A DNA stretch of 64,000 nt. It comes from Eledone cirrhosa (Eukaryota). The notes under the pieces are model-generated. The model was not told the origin of the DNA, ran no database searches, and saw only the letters and a program-made list of their open reading frames with translations. The stretch covers positions 91,946,001 to 92,010,000 of the forward strand of contig OZ024742.1 in the NCBI GenBank assembly GCA_964016885.1. The letters are read 5' to 3'. Below are positions 25,622-40,035 of the stretch, piece by piece (within the stretch, counting starts at the first letter, position 1; each line of letters begins with the position of its first letter). The translations under genes were made by a program, and so were the position numbers.

Positions 25622-25676
25622 ACTGCCTGAAGAGGTCACAGCCAAAGATGGCTGTCACTGAAATATATATAGCAGT
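25622..25676 (+). ncRNA. Type I hammerhead ribozyme (family B)
   Basis: ACUGC-CUGAAGA-[GGUcACAGCCA aaga UGGCUGUcACU]-GAAA-UAUAUAUA-GCAGU-AAUAAA. Confidence 0.85.
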
Positions 25677-25998
25677 AATAAACGAAGCTAAATTTTAATC
25701 ATTTGACTTTTATTTAACTTTATTTTACACTACTCCGGAGTAACCAAACCAACCTGCGCACTTCGTCGAGTGCTCCAGCCTGCATACTGAGGTGTTGGTA
25801 TACAACCAACATAAACCCAAAATGTATATATGTATATATATATATGAAATTTGAGTATGTGTTGGTTGTTTACAGACACCTCAATATGCAGGATGGAGCA
25901 CTCAACGGTTTGCGTAGGTTGGTTTGTTTACTCCGGAGTAATGTAAAATAGTAAGTGTAAGTCTAAGATGTTAAAGTTGACTTCGTTTATTCCAATTC

Positions 25999-26054
25999 GC
26001 TGCTATACATATTTTCAGTGACAGCCATTATTGGCTGTGACCTCATCAGGTAGT
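25999..26054 (-). ncRNA. Type I hammerhead ribozyme (family B), partly decayed stems I and III
   Basis: Minus strand ACUAC-CUGAUGA-GGUCACAGCCA auaa UGGCUGUCACU-GAAA-AUAUGUAUA-GCAGC. Confidence 0.75.
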
Positions 26055-26299
26055 AAATTAATTAAGGCAGAAAAAAAACAGGAAAACATGATGTTGTAGT
26101 GCGTTCTACCCTATTAATTCATCGATATGTCCAGCTCCTGGGTGTGTTGTTAGTCCTCAAAGGAACTGAAATCTCCTTTGAGGACTAACACTCATACATA
26201 AATAAATAAATACATACATACATTCTTATATAAATACATACACTCATACATAAATACATACTTACATACATGCATACATACGCCTCTCTCTCTCTCTAT

Positions 26300-26371
<72 letters not shown>

Positions 26372-26589
26372 TTATTCCGTAACCCCTGATGGAATCGTAG
26401 GGGCACTATTTCGGCATACGGCATTAAGGCTCCGTTCAATATGTGGTTATATCTAAACCCTACTTTTTACTATACATATAGTATTCACTTGTTTACAGCT
26501 ACCCTTAGCGCTGAGAATCGTACAATTTTATGAAAATTTATATACGCTCATTGCTTCAAACCTTTTAAATTAAATGTTTTCACACAAAA

Positions 26590-26674
<85 letters not shown>

Positions 26675-26815
26675 CACACACACACACACACAAATATATA
26701 TAAAGAGAGATTGAGAGAGAGAAAGAGATAGGGAGAGGGAGTGTGAGGTGCTCAAACCAGGGGGACCGCTAATCCACTTGGCGCCGCGGTCAGGCCTTTA
26801 CTTCTCTCTCTCTCT

Positions 26816-26865
<50 letters not shown>

Positions 26866-27817
26866 GGTCGGTGGAACCCCAATGCCAAATACTGGCGCTC
26901 TTTGCTCATATTTCATCATTATTTATTCATTTATGTGTAAGGATATGGTGGTGTTACGACTAAAGATCAACAAATATAGCGCCACAAAAAATTGCTTGTC
27001 CATGCATTCCGACTGTGAGTGTCGCTTTAGATAAAAAATAAATTTGTGAGCACCAAAGAAGCTTTAGATAAGGAAATTATGTGTAAATTAAATACTGTTT
27101 AATAACAGATTTGTTTGATAATGGATTTGTAGAATGTCATAAAACAATACATGAAAATATACACACACTGATTCAAAGGGTGCAAGGCCCAGTGAAAATA
27201 CACAAACAACAAACCACAAATATCGAACACTACACGAACCAAATGCACCCGTTACAACATGGATGAATATATTTGTATAAATGTGAAATTTAATCGAACA
27301 ATATGGTAACTAACTCGAATTTAAAACAATTCGAAGTACACCACCACAGACTCACCCCATCCCCCATCCTAAAAAAAACATGCGAGAATAGCGTTGGTGG
27401 GTTTACAACCGTTATGAATGATAAAGCTGAAATATTACCAGATGGGTGACTTGAAAACATGCAGCGTATGAGTGAAATAATAAAGCTTAATTTATATACA
27501 AGCAGATGCGAGCACAAGCATAGCATTACATTTGAAATGATTCATCTTTGAGTCTTTTGCACGGGAAAATATTTTCGCTATATTTGTGAGATGTTTATTA
27601 TTATAATGATGTTATGATGATATTTTTACATTCTTTTGTTCTTTTCTGGTTTCAGTTTTAGACTGCAGTCATGTTGGGTCACTGTTTGGAGAGGGTTTAG
27701 TGAATCATATCACACCACTACCTACGTTTTCAAGTCCGGTACAATTTTTATCAATCTCATTGTCGAATCATTTTACGTGGTATAAGCATACACAGAAACA
27801 CACATGCATAAACACGT

Positions 27818-27866
<49 letters not shown>

Positions 27867-28309
27867 ACAGACTTCCGTACAGATTCCGTCAACCAGATTT
27901 CACTTACAAGCCTTAATCAACCCGATTATAAAGTAAAAAACATTTACTACACAGTGGGTCTGAACCCGAAATCACAGGGCTACGTAGCGAACTTCTTAAT
28001 TCTGCAGCAATGTGTGTGTGCGGTGGTGGGGCGTATATATATATATATATATATATATATGCGTGTGTGTGTGTGTGTGTGTGCATGTGTGCATATATAT
28101 ATATATATTACTTGTATCCACCTACTTATAGTAGGGCCGACAACATCTTTAGAACTCAGTGCAGCTTTGAAGAGACGGTTTCCACAAGATTAGGTGGAGA
28201 GAACTATAGTCTTTCTAGAAGGCTCTCACATCGCATAAGGTTCCGTCGAAGATACTACTCAAGCTACAGACTCATTCATAATATATATGTGTGTCATTAT
28301 TTTCACTGG

Positions 28310-28688
28310 TAGTATCGGTAGAGGGTCGGACGCCATGCTTTCTAGCATAGTTACGTCCCTTTACGATCTGAGTTCAAATCCCGCCGAGGTTGACTTTGCC
28401 TTTCATCCTTACGGGGTCGATAAAATAAAGTACCAGTGAGGCACTGGGTAGTTGCTGGCCTTGTGCCTAAAGTAGAAACAATTATTTTCACACACATGGC
28501 GGTGGATTAGCAGTATCGGCAGAGAGTCGGACAGCATGCTTTGAAGCATAGAGTTACGTCCCTTTATGATCTGAGTTCAAATCCCGCCGAGGTTAACTTT
28601 GCCTTTCATCCTTACGGGGTCGATAAAATAAAGTACCAGTAATGTACTGGTAATTGCTGGCCTTGTGCCTAAAATAGAAACAATTATT
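28310..28688 (+). mobile_element. Two tandem SINE family 1 copies
   Basis: Consensus repeated at ~28310-28486 and ~28497-28688. Confidence 0.85.
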
Positions 28689-28724
28689 TTCACACACACA
28701 CACACTCACACACCCACACACGCG

Positions 28725-28799
<75 letters not shown>

Positions 28800-29621
28800 T
28801 ATGTTGGGGGTAATGATCTTGTATTTCTTTAATCAGTTTATTGAGTTCAATATATTAGCGCTGGCCTTTTAAATCACGGCAACGCTTTCGTCCTTCTGTT
28901 CTGGGTGTGCAGCAGACATATACTGTCCCAGCCGAGAGTGTAGATTCCCCTTCCCCACGCGTTTTTGCCTTACTTTCAATCGTATTTCAAGTATTCTAAA
29001 TAATGAAATTACATATTTTATATTTGGTATTTGTTCCACTTCACTGCAGTCTTAGTTCAAACATCACTGAGGTCAACTTCATCTTTCATCATTTCGGTGT
29101 CGGTAAATAAAGTACCAGCCTATGGTATGTGGAATGGCAGAATTGTTAAAGATTTCAATGGGATGCTTCACATATTTGATCCTACTCTGAGTGTTTTGTG
29201 TTTCAAATACTACCGCCCTCAGCCAAGAGTTGCGACGCGCCAGTTGTATAATCGATAGATAGACATATTTCTTTGCTCTGATATAACGATTGGCTTCTTT
29301 ACATTCCTTGTGGTGCTTAGTTTATTATTTCCCAAGGGATGAGAGTCAACAGCCTTGTGATATGAACAAAGAATGAATGAAAAGTAATTTCCCACTCTTT
29401 ACAGATTCTTACATTCACCTCCTCCATCTAAACTAGGAGAAATAACAGAAGTAAAGTTATAAACGTGCCAAACACCAATTTTCGCCCCTCCTCTATTCCC
29501 ACATTTCATCAAGACCTAGATTTTATGTCAAGTTACCAGAAACCATTATAGAACGTGTATTTGCATTAAAAACAATCTCTGACGAATGGTCCTCCCACAC
29601 TTCTCTCTCTCCGCACACATT

Positions 29622-29706
<85 letters not shown>

Positions 29707-29830
29707 CGGTTGATATTTTTATAAATTTCAATGATGTATTTACATACACACCAAATATACTAATGTACAGTGTATACGGTACTGTTTACTTACTACTAGC
29801 CGTTCACTTTGAAACAAATGTACATTGTAT

Positions 29831-29900
<70 letters not shown>

Positions 29901-29913
29901 ATGACTTTAACAG

Positions 29914-30110
29914 CAGGCATGTCAAACATGCGGCCCTTTACAAGCACACCTGCGTCCCGCACAAAGGTTTTTACAGCGCGAGCATGTTTTATTTTCGCAA
30001 TATAAAATAAAAATAGTTGTAATGTGCGCAATCAGTGGTCGTGTGCTGCCCTCAGACAACACATATGTGACCCATGTGGTTCTCGAGAGACTCTCAGTTT
30101 GACATGTCTG
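29914..30110. mobile_element. hAT/Charlie-like MITE
   Basis: TIRs CAGGCATGTCAAAC and GTTTGACATGTCTG; subterminal TGCGGCCC; imperfect 8-bp flanks TTTAACAG/TTCTACAG. Confidence 0.7.
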
Positions 30111-30959
30111 TTCTACAGGATTAGAACAGTTTCATTCGTATGAATTCAGCAGGAACTCATAATGATTTCATGCGAATGAAACATTTCTAGTCCCGTAGAA
30201 GTCATCTCCATATATTAATAAAGATGCCTATATTCTACCAATCTAGAATATCTTTTTAATTGCGGTTACCCCCGACTCGTCAGGAATCTACATTATATAT
30301 ATATAAGATAAGTTATCCCGGGTTCATTTCTTTTCTTGGTTTCAATCATTTGCCTGAGGTCATATCCCCCGCTATTTTTCTCCATTCTGTGAAACTGCTT
30401 CTTTCAATCATCGGATTTCACGAGATAATTTTCCCATAGTCCATTAACCAAGTGTCCAGTGTCTATTTACGAGTTCCCTCTCCCTTCATGTTTGCTTTTC
30501 TTTTATCTTATCATTTAAATTCCTAAAAATAGAATGACAAATGCTCAGAATAATTTTGGACACGAACATTTTCTTTTTTATAGTTTCTCATTTCCTTCTA
30601 TATATAGAAAAATTCCTTCTTTGTTTATCCAGAAAGTGGCGCTAGCGCTAGCGCCAACGCCACCTTTGTTTGAAATCAGCTTCAAAATGAGAACTATTTC
30701 TTAACGGTATGATGTTACCGTTCTCCCTCCCCTCCATCCCTTCCTTTCATTCTCTCTTCTCTCTCCTCTCTCTCTCTCTTCCACTTTCTCTCTTTCTCTC
30801 CTACAACCACCCGACATTTTGACATTTTTTGTTTTTCAAATATTTCTTAAAGACACCATGGAATCGTTTAACCCTACACACACACACACATACATATACA
30901 TAATACATACATACATACATACATACATACATACATACATACATACATACATACATACA

Positions 30960-30995
<36 letters not shown>

Positions 30996-31164
30996 TGAGT
31001 GTGTGTGTGTGTGTGTGTAGTACATTATTATTCTTTTGTGGAAGGCGGAAAGTACCACTGGCTTTATGTGTGTGTATTTGAATGTGTGCTCGCTTGTGTG
31101 TGAGCATAAAGTTAACTATATCTTCAATTTTTCTCCTGTATATACGCATATATATACATATTTA

Positions 31165-31196
<32 letters not shown>

Positions 31197-31216
31197 AATA
31201 TATATAAATATATATG

Positions 31217-31265
<49 letters not shown>

Positions 31266-31717
31266 GCACACACATACTCACATACACACACATATATATA
31301 TATATATATGCACATGCAGATTTATACGCATGCACACCTGTACATACACTGCACACAGTATTTTGCAAGAATTTTCGAGAATTTCTTTCGTTCTAATCCT
31401 AATCCTCCACATTTTTCTGCTATTGTAAAATATGTTCTTGATGTTTTGTTTTTACCATTGTTGCTATGCTGCACATGTTTTTTGAGGTTGTGATGGTGAT
31501 GAAGGTGGTTGTAGGGTTGTGCTGGTGTTGTTGGTCTTACTTGTGCTGCCACTGTCTTTTAATATTCAAATTTTCATTATTATTATTTGTCTTTCATCCT
31601 TATGGGGGTCGATAAAATAAAGCACCAGTAACATTCTGGAGTCGATTTAATCGACGACCCCTCCCTTAAAATTGCTGGCCTTTTGCCTATAGTAGAAATC
31701 ATTATTACTATTACTTT

Positions 31718-31718
<1 letters not shown>

Positions 31719-31768
<50 letters not shown>

Positions 31769-31809
31769 CAGCAGTTGTGGTGGTGGTGGTGGTGGTGGTG
31801 GTGGTGGTG

Positions 31810-31871
<62 letters not shown>

Positions 31872-31886
31872 AGTAATAGTAGTAGT
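31719..31886. repeat. (TAG)n/(TGG)n compound microsatellite
   Basis: Directly visible. Confidence 0.95.
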
Positions 31887-33348
31887 GTGGTTGTTGTTAC
31901 TTTGAGGATTTACTTAGACAAAGAGTGTGAGAATGCCGGATTACAATTAGTTGGTTTGTTCAATGATGCATTTAATGTGGTCACGTAACAGCATTGAAAA
32001 TAGAATCCCTTTTTTTTTTACACACACTAGAGAGTTGAGTTGATATTTTAAGCAATAGATGGGAGGGAAATTGAGAGATAGGTAGAGAATGAAGGAGGGA
32101 TGAGGTTGCAGGAGAGTGGGATATTACACAACTATGATCTAAGGTATCTGGCTTTAAACTAGCATTACCGTCGGTATTTCACAAGGCCAATATATGAGTC
32201 GGTGATGATACAAGACAAAATAGGGAAAATTTTCTCATTCTTCCACCTTCAATACCGCCACCACAGATACCACTACAACCTACAGCACCACTTCCAGCAT
32301 TACAACTAACACCAGCATCACTGCCACAACTACCACCACCACTGCCAAGAACAACATAACAGCCTCCCCCACCACCAACAACAAAGATGAATTTCACACG
32401 CCACAAATGATCCCTTAGCATGAGAACTATGGCTTCAAAAAGCGCAACGAATACAGCGACACAACAATGTGGAGATGTTTGCGAAAGTAAAATAAAACTA
32501 AGGGAAAATACGACGATAAAATGTCTCTTTTAGCTTCTTCTCCCATTCCTACCCACTTTTCTCTTACTTTTTTCCACCCTAACTTCTTCTAATCCTCCTC
32601 ATACTATTTTTATTCTTCATATAATACATTCAGCAAATTTAGAAGCAATGTTTTGATTTTTTTTTTTTTAGTATCAGCAGGTTTTACTGCCCTCTTCTTA
32701 CCACACGAAACCACGTAAGCAAGACATACTTAAAACTACAATAAGCTTTCTGACTGCATCACATTCAACGTTTAAGCTGTACTTTAATCTATTGCAAATT
32801 TCTGCAATGATTTGTCCAATAGTAAATATACTATAAGCATTTAAATAAACAAAACGGTAATTAGATATTTTCTGCTAAATTATTACATGTTTAAAAATGT
32901 TAACATATTCTTTCCTCCTTTCCAATGAAAGACACTGCTTACGATTTTCAAATATTTTCGATAATAATCAAGGATTTGGAAGAATTTGGTAATACAACTG
33001 ACTTTCTCTTTTCTCTGGAGTTTAGAACATAAAGGTTCTTACATAAAATTGATGAAAATGTTTCCATATTTTTAATGAAAGCCAATACCTATTATTTACA
33101 AATCCCTTTGAAAATAATAAAAAAAATTGGATTGCTTTAACAATACGACTAATTTTATTGTCATTAAGTTGATGTAGAGGTTGGTGTGATGTCAGAATCG
33201 TTAATGCGTCGGATGAAATGCAATGCAGTATTTCGTTAGGTCCCTCTACATTTTGGTTTATAATGCCTCAAGATTTACTTCGCTTTTCATTCTAGGGTTG
33301 ATATAATCGATTTCCCCCAAAAAATTGTTGTACTTGTGCCCAAATTGG

Positions 33349-33540
33349 CAGTGGATTGGCAGTATCGGTAGAGGGTCGAACACCATACTTTGCAGCATAG
33401 AATTACGGTCCTTTATGATCAGAGTTCAAATCCCACCGAGGTTAACCTTGCCTTTCATCCTTACGGGGTTGATAAAATAAAGTACCAGTAATATACTAGG
33501 GTAACTGCTGGCCTTGTGCCAAAAGTAGAAACAGTTATTA
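33349..33540 (+). mobile_element. SINE family 1
   Basis: Matches the consensus including the AGTAGAAACAGTTATT tail. Confidence 0.85.
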
Positions 33541-34468
33541 AGTTGATATTTGAAATTTAATCTTAATGTTTTTTTACATGTGACATGTCGTGTAATCCTA
33601 GGATATGTTGCTTTTTGTTCATGTCTTTATTTCTATTTGTTGGCCTTGTGGCAAATAAACAAAAATAATGATAATAAAGGCCTACATTAGTTGGGGAGAG
33701 AACAGTCGATTACATTAACCACACTATTTGACTGGTACTTTCTTTTATCCACCCCAGAAGAACGAAGGGAAAAGTGAATCTCAGAACTTAACGAGTCAAA
33801 ATAAATACCGCAAGGCATTCTCCGCGGTCTACCTGTCCTACCAGTCAACAAAAACAAAAACAACAATAATAAATTTAAAATAAATTTAATGTAGATATTC
33901 TTACAGATTTTCAATTAGAAGCCTTGCTGTGAACAAAATCAAGTGTTAACCCACTTTCTATTATTTCTCTTGTACAAAATATACATAAGATATCTTTACG
34001 TGTTTCTGAAATTATTGTTTATTCATTAGTGAATATCTACTCTGTGATGTTGTTTACAGAGAGATCTTTTAAGGGTTGCTAGTTATACAACCTAACTGAT
34101 ATGGCCAGAATGATTTATAAACATGCATTTGTTTGGCAATGTATTTAATTAAGGTTAGTAAATATTTATGCAGAACAGAGCTTATATTTTATGATATAAG
34201 ATAAAATTAACATATATATGTAATATATTTTATGTTTTTCTGCGTATAGAGAGAAAATTGAGTGTTTTTACACAATTCTTTACAAAGTGAAGCATCTACA
34301 CTAAAAAAAAGTAGCGCGCATGCGCATACGCCTCAACCCACGCACACACAACGTATATGCGTTTTAATTAAACATCCGTACATATATTTTTATATAAATA
34401 CATCAGCTTTAATAAAAAGAAAAATCCGGAAAGGTAGAACGAGGAACCTTATATATATATATATATAT

Positions 34469-34554
<86 letters not shown>

Positions 34555-34949
34555 GGTGGAAACAACAGCGAAACATGTTATGTAAATTTTTGATAAAGTG
34601 TTAAATCAGCCATGAACATAGTAAAAAAAAACATCACATGAAACAAATTGCGATACACCTGAATGGAAATAATCGTAAGAATATCCTTTATGCCTTGATA
34701 ATCCAGTTGCAGTTTCAGGAAACGTATACCTTTTTTTTATTTTCCATTTATTCATTTATGCTTTTGTATGTATTTTTGTGTTTATTTCAATGGAAGCGGG
34801 AGCGATATCTTCAGAACTTTGAAAAAGAATCAGTGTTCACTGACTGGATCTAAATGGTACGCTCGATTAAACTTGATCGGATTCAATGTATAGACTTCGT
34901 TCCGACATGAGTTATTGTTGCTATTATTGTTTTTGTTGTTGTTATTTCT

Positions 34950-35245
34950 TTATTCACTCATCAATTTGTTTTTTTCTGTCGGTATTTGGATTGCTACGCA
35001 TGAAGCTGTAACTCGCAGTCCTTGGGTATCTAGAACCTTTTCTTATGGTTCTTAGTGTGCCAAGGAAACAAGCTTTCTAGAGAGTCAGGAAATTCACCTC
35101 AATATCCTACAGTTTCTGCCAACCATTTAAGCCTCTATCTACTATCCCTAACATTCCTATGACGATTGAGACGATAACAACCTTGCCAGAACTCCACATT
35201 CTCTGCATTTTGTAATATATGTCTTGATAGTTTTCTATTTTCTCG
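34950..35245 (-). mobile_element. Decayed RLE-type (R4/NeSL-like) LINE 3' fragment
   Basis: Minus strand reads about EKIEN.YQD...KVVIVSIVIGMLG...KACFLGTLRTIRKVL, similar to the 46423-47151 C-terminus. Confidence 0.7.
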
Positions 35246-35546
35246 GGTATCAAACGACAGCCGAATTAACCGACATACTTCTTCCTTTTTTTTTTCCTGC
35301 GTATCTGGCCTGATAGTTTCATTTATATATCCGTTTGAATCTTTATATCACATAGTATATTAATATTAGAAGAGGTGTTGCTAGGAAAGGAAAGCAGCCG
35401 ATCATCAGGTTAGATTGAGGAGACAATGTTTCCATCGTGGATACTATTCTATCTGCCATCTTGTTAAAGAACATATTACGCCGCTAGGCCCAGGAATCAA
35501 ATTCAGGAGCTTAGAATTGTATGTCCAATACACTAACTGCTAACGT

Positions 35547-35550
35547 AATA

Positions 35551-35597
<47 letters not shown>

Positions 35598-35635
35598 GGT
35601 GGTGGTGGTGGTGGTGATGATGGTGATGGTGGTGG

Positions 35636-35705
<70 letters not shown>

Positions 35706-35845
35706 GATGGTGGTGGTGCTGGTGGTGGTGCTGGTGGTGGTGATGATGCCGACGGCGACGATGATGATGATGATGATAATGATGATGTTGGTGGTGGTGG
35801 TGGTGATGATTATGATGGTGGTGGTGATGACGATGATGATGGTGA

Positions 35846-35879
<34 letters not shown>

Positions 35880-35940
35880 GGTGGTTGTGGTGATGATGAT
35901 AATGATGATGATGATGATGATGATGATAATGATGTTGGTT
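35547..35940. repeat. (GAT)n/(GGT)n compound microsatellite
   Basis: Directly visible; source of the poly-M/V, poly-H and poly-I/T ORFs. Confidence 0.95.
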
Positions 35941-36220
35941 AGAAGGCAGCGGATCGTAGCGCTTCCAGTTCCTTCGGAGAAAGCAAAAGTGAATGCAATC
36001 AATATCAATCAATCGGAATTTGAACTAAGTACAGATTTACGGAACTAGTTAATACATAGCTCAAACAGGCCAATTCTCTCAACATTCGACGGGATTCCTA
36101 CACTGCAATAGAATCATTAGAATATATATATCACACTCTGCTCTGTAAGAACATAGAGCGCTCAACTGGCATACTGCCTATGGAAGCATCATAGCTACCA
36201 TTAAACACACACACACACAC

Positions 36221-36281
<61 letters not shown>

Positions 36282-36400
36282 TATATATATATGGGAAAAG
36301 TAAATAACAACAATGAGTACAGTTACGAAAGGTGTTAGGTATTAGGTTCACGCTTGAGAGTGAGTATATATATATATATGTATATATACATTCTTATTAT

Positions 36401-36432
<32 letters not shown>

Positions 36433-36448
36433 GATATATATATATATA

Positions 36449-37335
36449 CGGGGTGTGTCAGATAAGTTCCAGGACTGATGTCACAAAAGATTTACTTCAA
36501 ACCAAAACTTCACACTAAGAGTTTTCTCCTTCAAAGTAATCCCTCTGGAGTCTAATGCACTTTTCCATCCTTTTCTGCCATGCTTGCATGCACTCCTGAA
36601 AGGATTCTTCCGGGATCCTCCGCAGTTCCGTCGTCACAGCCTTTTTTATGTCGTCCACGTCTTCAAAACGGGTCTCCTCCGGGTCATACTCGAAGATCCG
36701 TGACTCATCACCGGTGATGACTGTCCCTAGCAAGTCTGGTTCGGTTTCAAGACGCTCGAGGATGTCCTGGCACACTTGCATGCGTCGTCCCTTCTGGTCA
36801 TCGTTCAGCAGTTTTGGCACCATCTTCGCGCAGACTTTCCGCATGTCTAAATCTTCAGTGAGAATCTTCCAGACGCTGTCTCGATTCATGCCCAGCTCAT
36901 TTGCCATCAGTCGAACAGTCAGCCGACGATCGCTACGCACTATCTGCCTGACGCGCTCAACGTTGACTTCCGTCCTAGTTGTTGAGGGCCTTGCGTTCCT
37001 GGGGTCATCTTGCACCACTAAAAAAAACACGTGAGCGTGACATCGTCTCATCTCCATACACTTGCTGCAGCAATCCCAGTGCTTCTGTCGGAGTTTTCCC
37101 CAACCGTACCAGAAACTTCAAGTTTGTTCGTTGCTCTGTGCTCATTGCTTGACGACCTGAAACAGGGGACATGTATATAAAATTATGAAGAAAAAAGTTT
37201 GATCGCTGCAGAGAGCTAAGATTACAGTTACATACTCCAGGGGTATTACTTTGAAGGAGAAAACTCTTATGTGAAGTTTGGGTTTGAAATAAATCTTTTG
37301 TGACATCAGTCCTGGAACTTTTCTGACACACCTCG
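36449..37335 (-). mobile_element. Mariner (Tc1/mariner) element, internally deleted, with ~100-bp TIRs and TA TSD
   Basis: Ends CGGGGTGTGTCAGATAAGTTCCAGGACTGATGTCACAAAAG and CTTTTGTGACATCAGTCCTGGAACTTTTCTGACACACCTCG flanked by TA. Transposase remnant 37145-36515 has CAKMVPKLL, ITGDE and YFEG; the central catalytic region is missing. Confidence 0.92.
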
Positions 37336-37539
37336 TATATATCCTGAGTTGGTTTTCTCGTTGCTTTGGTCCATGTGGCTGGCTCACCGGTCGCAGTCTT
37401 CAATTTGTCAAGGTTTCTAATGTATGTTATTACTCTAATGTGACTCTACCTTATCGAATGCTTTGCTGCACATTCCTGGTTGTATATCGTTAGCCTGGCC
37501 ACAGCCAAAACTTCGATTTTACTGAACTTCCATTTGTAT

Positions 37540-37573
<34 letters not shown>

Positions 37574-38076
37574 ATGTGTGTGGGGAGGGGGCATGCATGT
37601 TTATACCACCTACTCACGATAGCTCCATAATAAACAAACAAGGGCATGAAAACAGAAAGAGGTGAGGTTTGGTGGGATGCACGTATCTTACAAAATAATC
37701 AAACTAGGAACACCAAAGGTAATAGATTTTCGATGTTCTTTATTCATTTAGCAGGTTTCTGAATTGATTGCCTTACTTTTTACCAATGATGTAAACAATG
37801 GCTCAATTGACTTAATCGATCTAGAGTATATCCATGTACCAAGATACGATCAGATTATATAAGAGAAGGAACGGGTGGGGAACATATTCACGTGAGAAAT
37901 CATAAACAATAAGAATAACAAACAAGTTTGTAAATGCCAGTATGTGCGTATGTATATATATATATATATATATACACATACGTATATATATATATATATG
38001 TATATATATAGGAAAAGAGTCAGGACCACGACGGCTGAGCTCCGGACGTTTCGACAGCTAGATTATATATATAAAA

Positions 38077-38175
<99 letters not shown>

Positions 38176-39739
38176 TTCTCTCACCCTCTCTCTATTTCTC
38201 TCTCTATATATATATCTCTTTAAAAGGTCATAAGTGAGTAAGCTGACGTAAATTATTATAATCTTATTGGAAAAAAAAATGTAACAAATTTCGAAAAAGA
38301 ATCGATTAGAATTCCATGAAATACAGATAGAGAAAACGAAAGACACAGTGTGATAGACCGAGAGAGAGAGAGCGGTTTCAGACAATACTTTAGTTATTAT
38401 CAATGTATTCAGGATTTCGTGTAATTGCCGGTCAACAAACAAACTACCTTTTTATATAGTATACATATATATATATAGTGAAAGATGTCAATTATACTCA
38501 ATGCACTTATGATATTGGTGGAAAATGAGATGTGCTCACATCACTCTACATGTTCTCCCCCTTTCGCAACAGTGCAGGTTTGAACTTGAAACATGAATGG
38601 GATTAGAGTTATTATTACGTTACCCATATAGCTCGGTAGATTTGCGGTGTCAGCAGAGCGTCTGAGCAATGCTTTGCGGTATTTAGTTACGACCGTCTCT
38701 TTTCTTTGTTTTTCATCATTTCAGAGGTTGGTAAAATTAAATACCAGTAAATTATGGGGCCGATTTAATTGAGTTTTCTCTCCCTGTGCCTAAATTAGAA
38801 ATCATTATTTCGTTAATTATAGGCACAGACATGACGGTGTTTAAGGAGTTTGCTTCACAATCACGTTGCTCTGGTTTGGAACGGAACCTGGTCGCCCTGT
38901 ATAATGTTGAGAGAATTGTAAAAGAAATTTATTCAAGAGATGATGAAAAAACTGTGTCGTGATAAGGTCCATAGTCGAGACGTTCAAAGCTCATGAGCAA
39001 TAAAAATGTTCAAGCTAATAATGGGTGTGTTTGAATCCCATTTATCATATCACTTACGGAATGAAATTAATAATTTACGGTATTAGGTTGTTCTATATGT
39101 TTGTATGATGGAATCTCCGTTGGTTAAAGCGATAAGCATTCAGTTGTTCAATCAAATGAGTATTGCAAAGTCCCACTACCCTTAATGTAAATCCCAAACC
39201 GAATCAATGTGACACAATATGTAACAAGGCTGTACCTTCTATTTACTAGTAAAATCCACCCAAAGTCTTTCTACACAGTTTCTGTCCGACCAAATTCATC
39301 ACAACATTTGTGTCCACCCGAAACAATGGTCAACACGAAATAGGATCAAATCCCAAACCTCAGGATTGCAAAGCAAATTTCTTAACCATTCCGCCACAAA
39401 CGCTAAATAATTTTATCTAACTATTTAAATCTTTTTACTTGGGTCTACTACTGACTTATTGAAAGTATTGTGAGTGTCTCAGGATTATCAACACTTTCGT
39501 CTGAAGACTTCCACCATAATTCTACCTTAAGATTTCGTCTGCATCGTGGACCCGGACGACAGGTATTTCAATAGTTATATGATGTTTACAGCATGTTATG
39601 TAATATTATGATTTATCATGTTCAGCATTGCGAGAAACTATTGCCAATATTTTATATGAATAATTTATTAGGAATGTCTACAATTAGCTAAAACGCACAC
39701 ACACACACATACACGCGCGTACAAACACACACACACACA

Positions 39740-39854
<115 letters not shown>

Positions 39855-40035
39855 TTCATATATACATTTCTATATATATATAAATACATATATATTATAT
39901 GGTTGTAGATAGAGTGTGGTGGCTGCAGTATGATTTTGAAGAACGTATTTGAATTTAATTTATGTCTTGTCTATCGAGTGGGGCTGGTTGTGGGGTTGTG
40001 GTTTATGTTTTCTTCACTTCATGGATATCATGGGT

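Noticed and set aside
31683-32421. Ser/Gly-rich ORFs
   Set aside because: Derived from (TAG)n/(TGG)n and degenerate (CAC/CAA) low-complexity sequence.
35511-36048. Poly-His, poly-Met/Val and poly-Ile ORFs
   Set aside because: Trinucleotide microsatellite; no evidence of a coding exon.
38955-39005. Hammerhead-like GTGATAAGG...CGAGACGTT followed by AATAAA
   Set aside because: Three core positions are mutated and no convincing stems remain.
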